Below, piece after piece: positions 46,325 through 55,634 of a stretch of DNA of 64,000 nucleotides. The stretch comes from Candidatus Nitrospinota bacterium M3_3B_026 (GTDB lineage Bacteria > Nitrospinota_A > UBA7883 > JBPRGF01). The notes beneath the pieces were generated by a model. The model saw only the letters and a program-made list of their open reading frames with translations, was not told where the DNA came from and did no database searches. Position 1 is the first letter of the stretch, and every line of letters begins with the position of its first letter. Location: contig JBPRGF010000017.1 in assembly GCA_051418015.1 (NCBI GenBank), positions 224,001-288,000 of the forward strand, read 5' to 3'. A program made the translations under genes and the position numbers.

Positions 46325-49081
46325 TCATTGTTCTATCAATGAGTCCGCAATGTCCGGCCGGAGGCGGGCGAGGTCTTCGAAAGCGGCGGAAGCCTTCTCG
46401 GTCATCCCCATGCGCTGGTAGGCCTTCGCCAGGTAAAAGTGCGCCTCCAGGAGCCTGGGGTTGACGCTCCTGGCCCACTCGAAAAGCTCCGCGGATTTCC
46501 TGTAATCGCGACGGTGGTAGTACAGGTAGGCCATGTCGAACAGGGCGAACCCCAGGAACGGGTCGCCCGGTATCAACTCCGCCGCCTTTTCGTAAGACTC
46601 CAGCTCGGCCGGGTATTCCCGGACGGCGTGATAGGCCTTTCCTTCAAGCAACATGGTCCGCCCCCGGTAGTACCTGTCCACCGCCGCCCGAAGCTCAGGG
46701 TCCGCGGCCGCGCCTGGGATGAGAGCCGTGACCTTCTTTCTTTCGCCAATCAGCGAGGCGAAGTTCCTGACGGCGTACTCGTCCCTTTTGAAGACGGCCC
46801 GGGGGGCAGTGTACTCTATCACGGGGTTGTTGTCGGTGTTCACCGGCGCGGCGGCGGTGAAGTCCATAACCCCCTCCCGGTCAGTCACGTAGAAGCTGAG
46901 AAAGGAGAGGGGGTCGGCGCTTTCTATCATGTCCTCTCTCACCGGCTCCGCGGCCAGCCTCTCGGCCAGCTTCGCTGGATTGATAAGGATCGGGTCGGCC
47001 GAGCCCAGGAGCATCAGTGTCGGCAGCCTGCTGTTCAGATCCCCGTACCAGACGGCCACGTTCTCGAAGGCCTCCGCGAAGGTCCGCATTATCACCTTCA
47101 GGTTGTCCGGTGACAGCTGGTAGAGCGGCAGCCACTGCGCCATCGCCCCTCCCCTCTTGAGTTTTTCCTTCACGTTCCGGAAATGCTGGAGGGAGTAAAG
47201 GCTGCCCACCCCGGCGCTGTCCGGCTGAAACAGGTCGGATATCACCAGGTCGTATTTTCTTTCCGTGACCCGGGTATAATGGCGCCCGTCCCAGAAGGTG
47301 AGGTGAAACCTCCTGTCGGAGACGATGTTGTGGTTGTCCTTTTTGAAAAAGGACTGCGCGTCCAGCAGCGTGGGGACGATCTCTACGCATTCGATCTTCT
47401 CCACGGGATGGCCCCCCACGGAGCCGGCGGTTATCCCGGAGCCGAGGGAGATCAGCAGGACGTCCTTCGCCTCCGGCTTCAAAAGCAGCGGGACATGGCC
47501 GAACCGGACCGCCACGTCGCCGCTTGTGGCCAGCTGGTAATTGTTCACCATGAGCGTCAGCGGCCCGTTTTTGTTCTCCCTGGTGACTCTCACCGTGCCC
47601 ATGACCCCCTCTTCGGCGAAGACCACCTCCCCCGGCGCCTGCGGGCCCAGTCCCACGTTTATCCCGGATATGGCCACGCCGCCGATGATGAGAAGGGCCG
47701 GGGCGGCCGACGCGGGAAAGACGTAACTCATCTGCCTGCGCCCGGCGGAGTTCGCTATCGCCGCGTAGCCCGCGATGAGCGCCGCCACGGAGACCAGGAA
47801 AACGCCGTTCTGCAGGCCAAGCGCCGGCAGCAGCAAAAACCCCGCCGCCAAGGACCCGGCGATGCCCCCGGCCGTGCCCACGGCGTAGGCCAGCCCCGCG
47901 TCACGGCCCAGCGAGCCGAGGGACTGTATGGTTATCCTGCATATCAGGGGATAGGCCACGCCCATCAGAAAGGTGGGAAGGATGAAGACCATCCCCATAA
48001 GCGTCAGCATTACCAATATGTTCCTGGCCCAGTCCATCTGCCCGAAGCTGCGGCCGAGGCTCACGGCCATGTCCGGCGCCAGGTGGAAAAAGAGCACGCT
48101 GACCATCCCGAAAAGCCCCACCCCCACCTGGGTAAGACCGAAAATTTTCACCGGGTCCCTCATCCCGTCCAACCTGCGGCTCACAACGTGGCTGCCGAGG
48201 GCCATGCCGAAAAGAAACACCGTCAGGAGGTTGCTGAAAAGGTAGACCGTCGACTTGAAGGAGACCACGAACGCCCGCGTCCACAGGACCTCGAACGAAA
48301 GCGAGACGAAGCCCGACACAGCGAAGAGAGCGAGGGCGAGCGAGGCCGGTATCGCCGCTCCATGGGCGCCGGCGGCGCCGGAGACGGCGCTCTCCTCTTT
48401 TTTCTTTTTCTTCCCCCTCGGGCGGGGGGTTGATTTCTTCTGTCTCACATCTCCGGCCTCCACGGCGGGGCCTCTCCCGGCGGCCCACACACCGAAAGCC
48501 GCGGCCAGGTTCAAGACAACAGCCGCCGCGAACGAACCCCGCATGCCGAGGAGAGGCACCATCGCGAACCCGCTGAAAAAGGCGCCCGCCATGCCGCCGT
48601 AGGTGTTCGCCGCGTATATGGCGCCCATCCCCGCGCCGACCTTCTCGAAGCTGGGGACATAGAGCTTGCCCATGACAGGCAGCGTGCCGCCCATCAGGAA
48701 GGTGGGGCCGACGAGAAGGGCGAACATCACGACAAACCTGAACAGTATCCACCCCCCGGAGTTTATCGATTCCACGGTCATCACCCGGACGATCGCGTCA
48801 TCGGCCAGGTATATGAGCCCCGTGACGGTGACCGCCAGGACGGCTATCCCCACCTCCAGTCCGACATACGCGGCGAGGGGGTTTTTCATCCTGTCCGCCC
48901 TCTTCCCGAGAAAGTGGCTCCCCAGGGCGAGGCCGGAAAGAAACGCCGCCACAACCATCGACACCGCGTAGACGGTATTGCCGAACACCAGGGACAACAT
49001 GCGTATCCACAGTATCTGATACACGAGCCCCGCCGCGCCCGACATGAAAAAACAGAAAAGCAAAACAACTCTGCCGCTCAT
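46325..49081 (-). CDS. Fused membrane (MFS-like) / spermidine synthase-like / TPR protein, copy 2
   Basis: FMSGAAGLVYQILW, LMGGTLP, IYAANTYG; VLLISLGSGIT, VEIV, WDGRHY, YDLVISD; C-terminal TPRs. Confidence 0.9.
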   Translation of the reverse strand: MSGRVVLLFCFFMSGAAGLVYQILWIRMLSLVFGNTVYAVSMVVAAFLSGLALGSHFLGKRADRMKNPLAAYVGLEVGIAVLAVTVTGLIYLADDAIVRVMTVESINSGGWILFRFVVMFALLVGPTFLMGGTLPVMGKLYVPSFEKVGAGMGAIYAANTYGGMAGAFFSGFAMVPLLGMRGSFAAAVVLNLAAAFGVWAAGRGPAVEAGDVRQKKSTPRPRGKKKKKEESAVSGAAGAHGAAIPASLALALFAVSGFVSLSFEVLWTRAFVVSFKSTVYLFSNLLTVFLFGMALGSHVVSRRLDGMRDPVKIFGLTQVGVGLFGMVSVLFFHLAPDMAVSLGRSFGQMDWARNILVMLTLMGMVFILPTFLMGVAYPLICRITIQSLGSLGRDAGLAYAVGTAGGIAGSLAAGFLLLPALGLQNGVFLVSVAALIAGYAAIANSAGRRQMSYVFPASAAPALLIIGGVAISGINVGLGPQAPGEVVFAEEGVMGTVRVTRENKNGPLTLMVNNYQLATSGDVAVRFGHVPLLLKPEAKDVLLISLGSGITAGSVGGHPVEKIECVEIVPTLLDAQSFFKKDNHNIVSDRRFHLTFWDGRHYTRVTERKYDLVISDLFQPDSAGVGSLYSLQHFRNVKEKLKRGGAMAQWLPLYQLSPDNLKVIMRTFAEAFENVAVWYGDLNSRLPTLMLLGSADPILINPAKLAERLAAEPVREDMIESADPLSFLSFYVTDREGVMDFTAAAPVNTDNNPVIEYTAPRAVFKRDEYAVRNFASLIGERKKVTALIPGAAADPELRAAVDRYYRGRTMLLEGKAYHAVREYPAELESYEKAAELIPGDPFLGFALFDMAYLYYHRRDYRKSAELFEWARSVNPRLLEAHFYLAKAYQRMGMTEKASAAFEDLARLRPDIADSLIEQ

Positions 49082-49159
49082 GGTCTCCCTAACTGAAAAA
49101 TCGAAAAGCCCCCGTCCTCCGGCCTGTCCGGCCGGGGCCCGGAGGCGCGCTGTCCCTCG

Positions 49160-50587
49160 TCACGTCCTTTTCCCGCCGCTTTTTTCCTCTCCGTCCTCCC
49201 TGGCCTTTCCCCTGGCCGCCCGCTCCTGGCCTATCATCTGGTTCAGGCCGGTTCGCTTGAGCATCCTGTAAAGCGACATTCTCGCCACCCCGGCCTTCTC
49301 CGAGGCTTTTGAGATATTGCCGTTCTCGCTCAACAGCAGGTTCTCAAGATACACCCTTTCGAATCGCTCCAGCCACCTGCGCCGCGCCTCCTTGAAGGAG
49401 ACCCCGTTCAGGCTGTCCCTGGGCGTCCTCACCTCCTCCGGCAGAAGCTCCACGGTTATAAGCCCGTCCTCGGCCAGCGACGCGGCCCTTTCCACCACGT
49501 TCCTGAGTTGGCGGACGTTCCCCGGCCAGTCGTACTCCATCAGCCTGGCCAGAGATTCGGCGCTGAGCTTCGGCGGCGGCTCGCCGCCCTTTTTCGCCAG
49601 GTGGTTGAAGAAATTGTCGCACAGTATGCCCACGTCCTCCTTGCGTTCCCGCAGTGGGGGCATGTCTATGCTCACGACGTTGAGACAGTAGTAGAGGTTT
49701 TCCCGGAACCTTTTCTGCACCATGGCCTCGCTCAGGCTGATGGTCGTCCCAGCCAGCACCCTCACATCCACGGGTACCCACTCCCACTCTCCCCGCCGAA
49801 CCACCTTCCTGTCCTGCAGTATCCGGAGAAGCCGCGCCTGCATCGAAGCGTCCAGGTCCTCGACCCTCTCCAGGTAGAGCGTCCCTCCGTCCGCGGCCTC
49901 GAACACGCTCTTCCTGGCGTGCTCTTTTCCGTCATCTCCCCCTGCCGGGGCGGCCTCCAGCAGATCCTTCGTGACCGTGGAGCAGTCGGTGACGATGAAA
50001 GGCCCCTCCGCCCGGTGGCTGTGCAGGTGTATGGCCCGGGCGGCCATCTCCTTGCCGGAGCCGGTCTCGCCGCGGATCAGGACGTTCGACTCGGTGCCCG
50101 CCACCTTGCGGATCATCTCCACCACCTTGAGAAAGCTCGGATGCTTGCCCACAAAATGATGGTTGAAAAAGTCGCGCTCCAGTTCCTTTCTCAGGGCCCT
50201 GTTCTCGGCCCACATCCGGTATTTCTCCACGGCGCGGCGCACGGTTATGATGAGCTGGTCGGCGGAGAAGGGTTTCGTCACGTAGTCGAACGCGCCCTGC
50301 TTGACCGCTTCCACCACGCCGTTGATGGTGGCGTAGGCGGATATCATTATCACCGGCGCGCCGGGGAACTCCTCGCGCATCTCCCCCAGGATCATCATCC
50401 CGTCCTTGCCCGGCATCCTGAAATCCGTGACGACGACCCAGGGCCTCACCCGCCGCGCAAGGTCCAGGGCCTCCCCGGCGCGCGTGGTGGTGACGATCTC
50501 GTACCCCTCGTCCTCCAGTATCCTCACGCAGCTTTCGAGCAGGTCCTCCTCGTCGTCTATCAGCAGTATCCTCGGAGCTTCTCTCAT
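49160..50587 (-). CDS. NtrC-like response regulator (REC-AAA+-Fis HTH) with degenerate AAA+ domain
   Basis: LIDDEE, TDFRMPG, DYVTKPF; GETGSGKE, PPLRERKED, WPGNVRQL; no GAFTGA; Walker B reads LYLER. Confidence 0.9.
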   Translation of the reverse strand: MREAPRILLIDDEEDLLESCVRILEDEGYEIVTTTRAGEALDLARRVRPWVVVTDFRMPGKDGMMILGEMREEFPGAPVIMISAYATINGVVEAVKQGAFDYVTKPFSADQLIITVRRAVEKYRMWAENRALRKELERDFFNHHFVGKHPSFLKVVEMIRKVAGTESNVLIRGETGSGKEMAARAIHLHSHRAEGPFIVTDCSTVTKDLLEAAPAGGDDGKEHARKSVFEAADGGTLYLERVEDLDASMQARLLRILQDRKVVRRGEWEWVPVDVRVLAGTTISLSEAMVQKRFRENLYYCLNVVSIDMPPLRERKEDVGILCDNFFNHLAKKGGEPPPKLSAESLARLMEYDWPGNVRQLRNVVERAASLAEDGLITVELLPEEVRTPRDSLNGVSFKEARRRWLERFERVYLENLLLSENGNISKASEKAGVARMSLYRMLKRTGLNQMIGQERAARGKAREDGEEKSGGKRT

Positions 50588-50591
50588 ATTT

Positions 50592-52559
50592 TCACGCCTT
50601 TGTCTTCGCCGTCCACGCCTTCTCCTCCGCGCGCGGCGCGGCGCTCTCCCGCAGGGTTATAGTGAAAACGCTCCCCGCTCCCGGATCGCTTTCCACCTCG
50701 ATGGAGCCGCCGAACCCCCTGACCAGCCCGTAGCTGATGGAAAGGCCCAGGCCCGTCCCCTGTCCCGCCTCCTTGGTGGTGAAGAAGGGCTCGAAAAGAC
50801 GCGCCCTGACCTCCTCGGGTATGCCGTGGCCGGTGTCCGATATGGTGAGCCTCACGGCGCCCCGGCCATCCGCGGCGGCCCGGATGACGATCTCGCCGCC
50901 GGGCTCCGTGGCCTGGTAGGCGTTGGTCACTATGTTATAGACGACCTGCTCCATCCCCACCGGCGACCCAAGAACGGCGGGCAGGGCCGGGTCAATCTCG
51001 ACGCGCAGACCTACCCCCTTCTTTCTTATGGGATGCTCTATGAGGCTGACCACCCTCCTCACCGACTCGCCGAGGTCCATGGGAACGGGCTCCCCGGAGG
51101 GCTCCCGGGAGAAGGTGAGCAGATTCGCGGCTATGCGCCCTATGCGGACGGCGTGCCCCTTCAGCGTCTCCAGGTCCTTTTTCACCCTCTCCGTGTTCCC
51201 CTTGGCGATGTCCTTCTCCATCAGCTCTAGCCGCGTCACTATTATGGAAATGGGGTTGTTCACCTCGTGGGCCACGCCAGCGGAGAGAAACCCTATGGCG
51301 GCGAGCTTCTCCGACTGCATGAGTCTGCGCTCCACCTGTTTTATCTGGCGCGTCCTCTCCTCGACCTTTTTCTCGAGCGAGTCCTGGTACTCCTGCACGG
51401 CCTCGGCCATGTCGTTGAACGCCTTCGCCAGCGACTCCAGCTCGTCGCCGGACTTTATGTCGATCCTGTGGCCCAGCCTGTTGGTGGCGAGAGCCTCGGC
51501 GCCGCGGCGCAGCCTGGAGATGTTCCTGGTGAGCGCCCGGGAGACGGCCATGGCCGCCACGGCTGTCAGCGCGAGCGCTCCCAGCGCCCCGATTATGTAC
51601 ATCCACCATATCTTTTCGATTTTCGGGGCGAAATCGCTCCTGGGATAACGGTCGAAGACGACATAGTAGAAATCGCGGTTGCCTATTTGCGGGTAGATGG
51701 AGCTGAAGGCGTACAGATACTTCGGGGCGTCGGAGATGACGCCGTGGCGGCCGGAGAGTATCTGCGCCATCACGCTCTCCGGCGCGTCGTCCAGCGGCCC
51801 CGCGCCAAGGGCCGGGACATGGGAAGGCGCGGCGGGAGGGTTTTCCCCGTAAGGGTCGTATATGTATTTTCCTTCGTGGGTGACTAGGGCGGCTTCTCGC
51901 CTCCTCTCGAAGGACGTATGCCCAAGAGCGGTCATTATCTCAGACCCGTTGAGGTCTATATAGATGACGCCCCTGGGTTTTCCCATCCTGTCGAACACCT
52001 TGGTGGCGTAGCGAACCAGGGTCACATCCTCCAGGCTCCTCGAGGGATCCATGGAGCTTCTCATGGGGATGGCCGCCACGGCGAGGTCCTCAAGCTGCGC
52101 CGCCTGGACATAGTACGGGGCGGTGAGCCTGTTCCGTTTCTGGTCATCTTCCAGGGCGGCCAGCTTATCGCCGGCCTTGCGGACCACAACGGACTCGTTC
52201 CCGTACTCGTCCAGGAGCCCCGCCTCCGAGTAGCCGCCCTTTATGCTGAGGAACAGCATGAACTCCCGCTCCACCAGCGATTTCCAGTATATCGCGGCCT
52301 GCGGCTTTTCCCTTGGAACGTCCAGGAGAAGCTCCAGGGCGAGGCTCGAGCGCAGGTAGTTTATGTCCGCGTGGGCGTTTATGAATACCCGCTCTATCTC
52401 CTTCGACCTGGTGATCGCGTTCAGGAGGATGGTCTTGAGCGCCTCGTCCTGGACGGCGGCCCTGGCGGCCTTCAGGTCCTGGTAGCCGAAGTAGCCTATC
52501 GGCAGAAAGGCCACCAGCAGCAGGGCCGCCATGAACTTTTTCCAGATACGGTTGAACAT
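50592..52559 (-). CDS. Membrane sensor histidine kinase (periplasmic Cache-like domain, HAMP, HisKA, HATPase)
   Basis: 2 TM; DELESLAKAFNDM; QSEKLAAIG..SAGVAHEVNNP; FEPFFTTK; GTGLGLSI. Confidence 0.95.
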   Translation of the reverse strand: MFNRIWKKFMAALLLVAFLPIGYFGYQDLKAARAAVQDEALKTILLNAITRSKEIERVFINAHADINYLRSSLALELLLDVPREKPQAAIYWKSLVEREFMLFLSIKGGYSEAGLLDEYGNESVVVRKAGDKLAALEDDQKRNRLTAPYYVQAAQLEDLAVAAIPMRSSMDPSRSLEDVTLVRYATKVFDRMGKPRGVIYIDLNGSEIMTALGHTSFERRREAALVTHEGKYIYDPYGENPPAAPSHVPALGAGPLDDAPESVMAQILSGRHGVISDAPKYLYAFSSIYPQIGNRDFYYVVFDRYPRSDFAPKIEKIWWMYIIGALGALALTAVAAMAVSRALTRNISRLRRGAEALATNRLGHRIDIKSGDELESLAKAFNDMAEAVQEYQDSLEKKVEERTRQIKQVERRLMQSEKLAAIGFLSAGVAHEVNNPISIIVTRLELMEKDIAKGNTERVKKDLETLKGHAVRIGRIAANLLTFSREPSGEPVPMDLGESVRRVVSLIEHPIRKKGVGLRVEIDPALPAVLGSPVGMEQVVYNIVTNAYQATEPGGEIVIRAAADGRGAVRLTISDTGHGIPEEVRARLFEPFFTTKEAGQGTGLGLSISYGLVRGFGGSIEVESDPGAGSVFTITLRESAAPRAEEKAWTAKTKA

Positions 52560-52588
52560 CAAGCGCTCCCCCTCGTCCGCTCACGTCC

Positions 52589-53410
52589 TCAAAGAGACCC
52601 CGCCACGTCCACGTCCGCGGCGTCCTTCACGAGCCTGAACCCTATGATGTGGCTCACGGCGCCCCTGGGCACGAACTCCCTGTGGGCCGCCCGGGCGTTG
52701 ATCGAAAGGTCCACCCACGAGGCGCCCTTGACCACGGCCATTTTGTGGCCGATGTCTTCCGTGGCGGTCCATTCCCTTACGTTGCCGCCCATGTCGTGGA
52801 CACCGTAGGGGCTGACGTCGCCCTCGGCTATCTCCACGGGATTGGCGGAGTTGGCCGAGCAAAGCGCGCCGTATATGTACTTGATGTCAGATTCCGCCGT
52901 GGCGGCTTTGTAAGGGTCGAACCGGTCGCCCCAGGGGTATATCCTCCCATCGGCGCCCCGGGCGGCCTTTTCCCATTCCGCCTCCGTCGGCAGCCTCTTG
53001 CCGGCCCATCTTGCGTATGCTTCGGCGTCCTCCTTGGACACGTACAGGACGGGGCTGTCCCCCCTTCCCGCCTCGTATTTTCCGCCGAGCCAGCTTCTCG
53101 GCGCGCGGTGGCCCGTGGCCTTGACGAATTCGTAATACTCCTCGTTGGTCACCTCGTGCCGGTCTATGTAAAAGGCTTTCAGCCGCACCTTCCTCTTGGG
53201 CGTCTCCGCGTCGAAGGCGTAGTCCCGGTACATCCTTCTCTTCCCGTAAGCGGCCCTGACCTGCTCCACCTCCTCGGCGGAGCTGCCCATCAGGAATTCT
53301 CCACCCGGAATGAAGACCATCCCTTCGGGAGACCTCGCCGCCGGAGAGCCTCCCGCCGCCAGGACGGTGGCGATTACGACAAGCGTTCCGATCAGACACA
53401 GGTTTCTCAT
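52589..53410 (-). CDS. Exported FGE-sulfatase (SUMF1/NirV-like) domain protein
   Basis: MVFIPGGEFLMG, FYIDRHEVTN, KRLPTEAEWEKAARG, YPWG, GNVREW, IGFRLV. Confidence 0.9.
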   Translation of the reverse strand: MRNLCLIGTLVVIATVLAAGGSPAARSPEGMVFIPGGEFLMGSSAEEVEQVRAAYGKRRMYRDYAFDAETPKRKVRLKAFYIDRHEVTNEEYYEFVKATGHRAPRSWLGGKYEAGRGDSPVLYVSKEDAEAYARWAGKRLPTEAEWEKAARGADGRIYPWGDRFDPYKAATAESDIKYIYGALCSANSANPVEIAEGDVSPYGVHDMGGNVREWTATEDIGHKMAVVKGASWVDLSINARAAHREFVPRGAVSHIIGFRLVKDAADVDVAGSL

Positions 53411-54888
53411 GCCGGCTCCTTTACACATACAAAGTCGTATTTTCCGTTCTCCTTTTTCATCAACTCGAATATGTACGGGTCCTTGACGGCCTCGCCGTCC
53501 TCCGAGATGGACGTGGGGCCGGTGACGCCGTGAAAATCCTTTATGGAAAGAAGCGCTTCGCGGACGTGGCTCGGACGCATGGACTTCGCCCTCTCGATCG
53601 CCTCGGCCAGCATGTTGTAAGCGTCGTAGCTCAGCGCGGCCAGACGCGAGGGGGGCTTGCCGAATCTCTTGATGTACTTCTCCACGAACGTCCTGACCTT
53701 CGGGTCGGCCGAATTCGCGTTGAACCCCCCGTAGACCACGGTCCCCGCCGCTTTCGGGCCGATGGAGGTATACTCGGAGACCATCAGGTCCTCGGAGCCG
53801 ACCAAGGGGATGCCGAGCCCGAGCTTGCGCAGTTCGGTGACCACCTCCGCGCCTTCCATTGCGTCGCCGGTGTAGATGAGCGCGTCCGGCGTGTTCTCCT
53901 TCAGCTTGGCAAGCTGGCGGGCGACGCTGGTCTGTTCCTCCGTCATGTACGTCGTCCCCTCGTCCCAGACAGCGAGATCATGGGTAAGCTCGAGGTTTTG
54001 GTCGTAGATGGCGCTTTTGAAGGAGGCGCTGAGCTTCACGGAATAGTCGTTCACAAGCGATGTGAACAGGGCGAATTTTTTCCATCCCCTTTCCGCGGCC
54101 AGGTGCTCGATCAGCTTTTTGATCGCCCGGACGTCGTCCATGGTGTTGCGGAAGTTGTAGGGGCCCGTGTCCCCCAGCCTGCGGCGGGACCCGGCGGAGA
54201 TCATAATGAGCTGCCCTTCGTTTACGGCCTTGTTGGCCGAGAAGCTCACCTCGCCCGTCGCCGCCCCCACAACGGCCAACACGTCCCTGTCCAGGAACGC
54301 CTCCACGCCGAGTTGGGCTCCTCTCATCTTCCCCTTGGTGTCGAAGACGAGGAGCTCGAACTCCATCCCCTTTATCCCTTCCTTCTCCATGCGTTCGTCC
54401 GAGGCCAGCTCCGCGCCGTTGGAGGCGTCAATGCCGTATTCCTCGAGCTCGCCGGAGATGGGGGCCAGGACTCCTATCCGCGCCTTTTTTTCTTTTTCGC
54501 GCATTATCTGCGCCTCGCTCTTCACGCCGTAGCCGACCTCCGGCGGCGTCTTCTCCCTGACCTCCACCGTTTCCACCGGCGCGGGAGCAGGCGCAGGCTC
54601 CGCCGCCTCCTGCCGGGGCCGCTCTTCACCGGGGGCGCTTTCCGGCGGCTCTTCGGCGGGCTTGGTCTCTTGTTCGGCCCCGGGCGCCTTTTCTGCCACG
54701 GCGCTGGGGCCGGCCTGCGAGGGCTGTTTCTCAGCCTCCGGCTTTTCAGTCTCACAGCCGCTGAGCCCCGCGGCGGCCAGCGCGGCCACGAGCAGCAGCG
54801 CGGACGACGCCGACGCAACGCGGCGGGAGGCGATCTTGAAATGAAAGCTTGTAAATTTCCTCTCGAATATGGTGAAATTGTGTCTCAT
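53407..54888 (-). CDS. LivJ-type (branched-chain amino acid family) substrate-binding lipoprotein
   Basis: Lipobox LSGC, Pro/Glu/Ala linker, RIGVLAPISG, YNFRN, AALSYDA, FHGVTG; start reassigned to ATG 54888. Confidence 0.88.
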   Translation of the reverse strand: MRHNFTIFERKFTSFHFKIASRRVASASSALLLVAALAAAGLSGCETEKPEAEKQPSQAGPSAVAEKAPGAEQETKPAEEPPESAPGEERPRQEAAEPAPAPAPVETVEVREKTPPEVGYGVKSEAQIMREKEKKARIGVLAPISGELEEYGIDASNGAELASDERMEKEGIKGMEFELLVFDTKGKMRGAQLGVEAFLDRDVLAVVGAATGEVSFSANKAVNEGQLIMISAGSRRRLGDTGPYNFRNTMDDVRAIKKLIEHLAAERGWKKFALFTSLVNDYSVKLSASFKSAIYDQNLELTHDLAVWDEGTTYMTEEQTSVARQLAKLKENTPDALIYTGDAMEGAEVVTELRKLGLGIPLVGSEDLMVSEYTSIGPKAAGTVVYGGFNANSADPKVRTFVEKYIKRFGKPPSRLAALSYDAYNMLAEAIERAKSMRPSHVREALLSIKDFHGVTGPTSISEDGEAVKDPYIFELMKKENGKYDFVCVKEPA

Positions 54889-54952
54889 AATGATAGGTTG
54901 TCTAAACTTCAAGGCATTCCTGCCTAGCTTGAAAAAGAGGGAGGGAGATATT

Positions 54953-55597
54953 TTGCGTTTCAATTCAATCACCATCATAACGGTTTTATCGATAGCTCTC
55001 ATGTCGTTCTCCGTTTCATCGGCGAGCGCGGCCGAAATGGTAGAGGTCCCCGGCGGCGAGTTCAAATCCGGTCCGGACCTGAAGGTTGTAAAGGTCGATT
55101 CTTTCGCCATCGACAAATACGAAGTAACCAACGCCAAGTGGAAAGAGTTCAAGGAAGATTTTGACATTCCCGCCGGCAAGGAGAACCACCCGGTAACGGA
55201 GGTTTCCTATTTCGAGGCGGCCGAGTACTGCAAGTCGCAGGACAAAAGGATCCCCACCGCTCTCGAGTGGGAGAAAGCCGCCCGGGGCGCCGACGGCAGA
55301 CTCTACCCGTGGGGCAACGAGTTCGACAAGAACAAGGCCAACACCCTGGAGAGCGGCGTCAACGGCACGACTCCCGTCGGCGACTATGAGGCCGGCGCGA
55401 GCCCCTACGGCGCGCTGAACATGACCGGCAACGTCTGGGAGTGGACCGACGGCTGGGGCGACGAGTCCATGAAACAGTACCGGTTGACCATGGGTGGGTC
55501 CTTCTTCGACGACAAGAGCAAGGGCAAGGTGTTCTCCACCCTCAAGAGCATCCCGGACGACATACACACGTACATAGGCTTCCGTTGCGCCAAGTGA
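54953..55597 (+). CDS. Exported minimal FGE-sulfatase domain protein
   Basis: GAGGGAG RBS plus TTG; MVEVPGGEF, IDKYEVTN, RIPTALEWEKAARG, GNVWEW, IGFRCAK. Confidence 0.88.
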   Translation: MRFNSITIITVLSIALMSFSVSSASAAEMVEVPGGEFKSGPDLKVVKVDSFAIDKYEVTNAKWKEFKEDFDIPAGKENHPVTEVSYFEAAEYCKSQDKRIPTALEWEKAARGADGRLYPWGNEFDKNKANTLESGVNGTTPVGDYEAGASPYGALNMTGNVWEWTDGWGDESMKQYRLTMGGSFFDDKSKGKVFSTLKSIPDDIHTYIGFRCAK

Positions 55598-55634
55598 GAC
55601 AGCGCGGCGGGAACAGGCCGGGGGAGGCGAGGCA

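Noticed and set aside
54889..55179. N-terminal extension of the SBP ORF in the ORF track (similarly 63526-63711, 57512-57670, 19952-20182)
   Set aside because: Overlaps neighbouring genes or promoters; downstream starts give proper signal peptides or family N-termini
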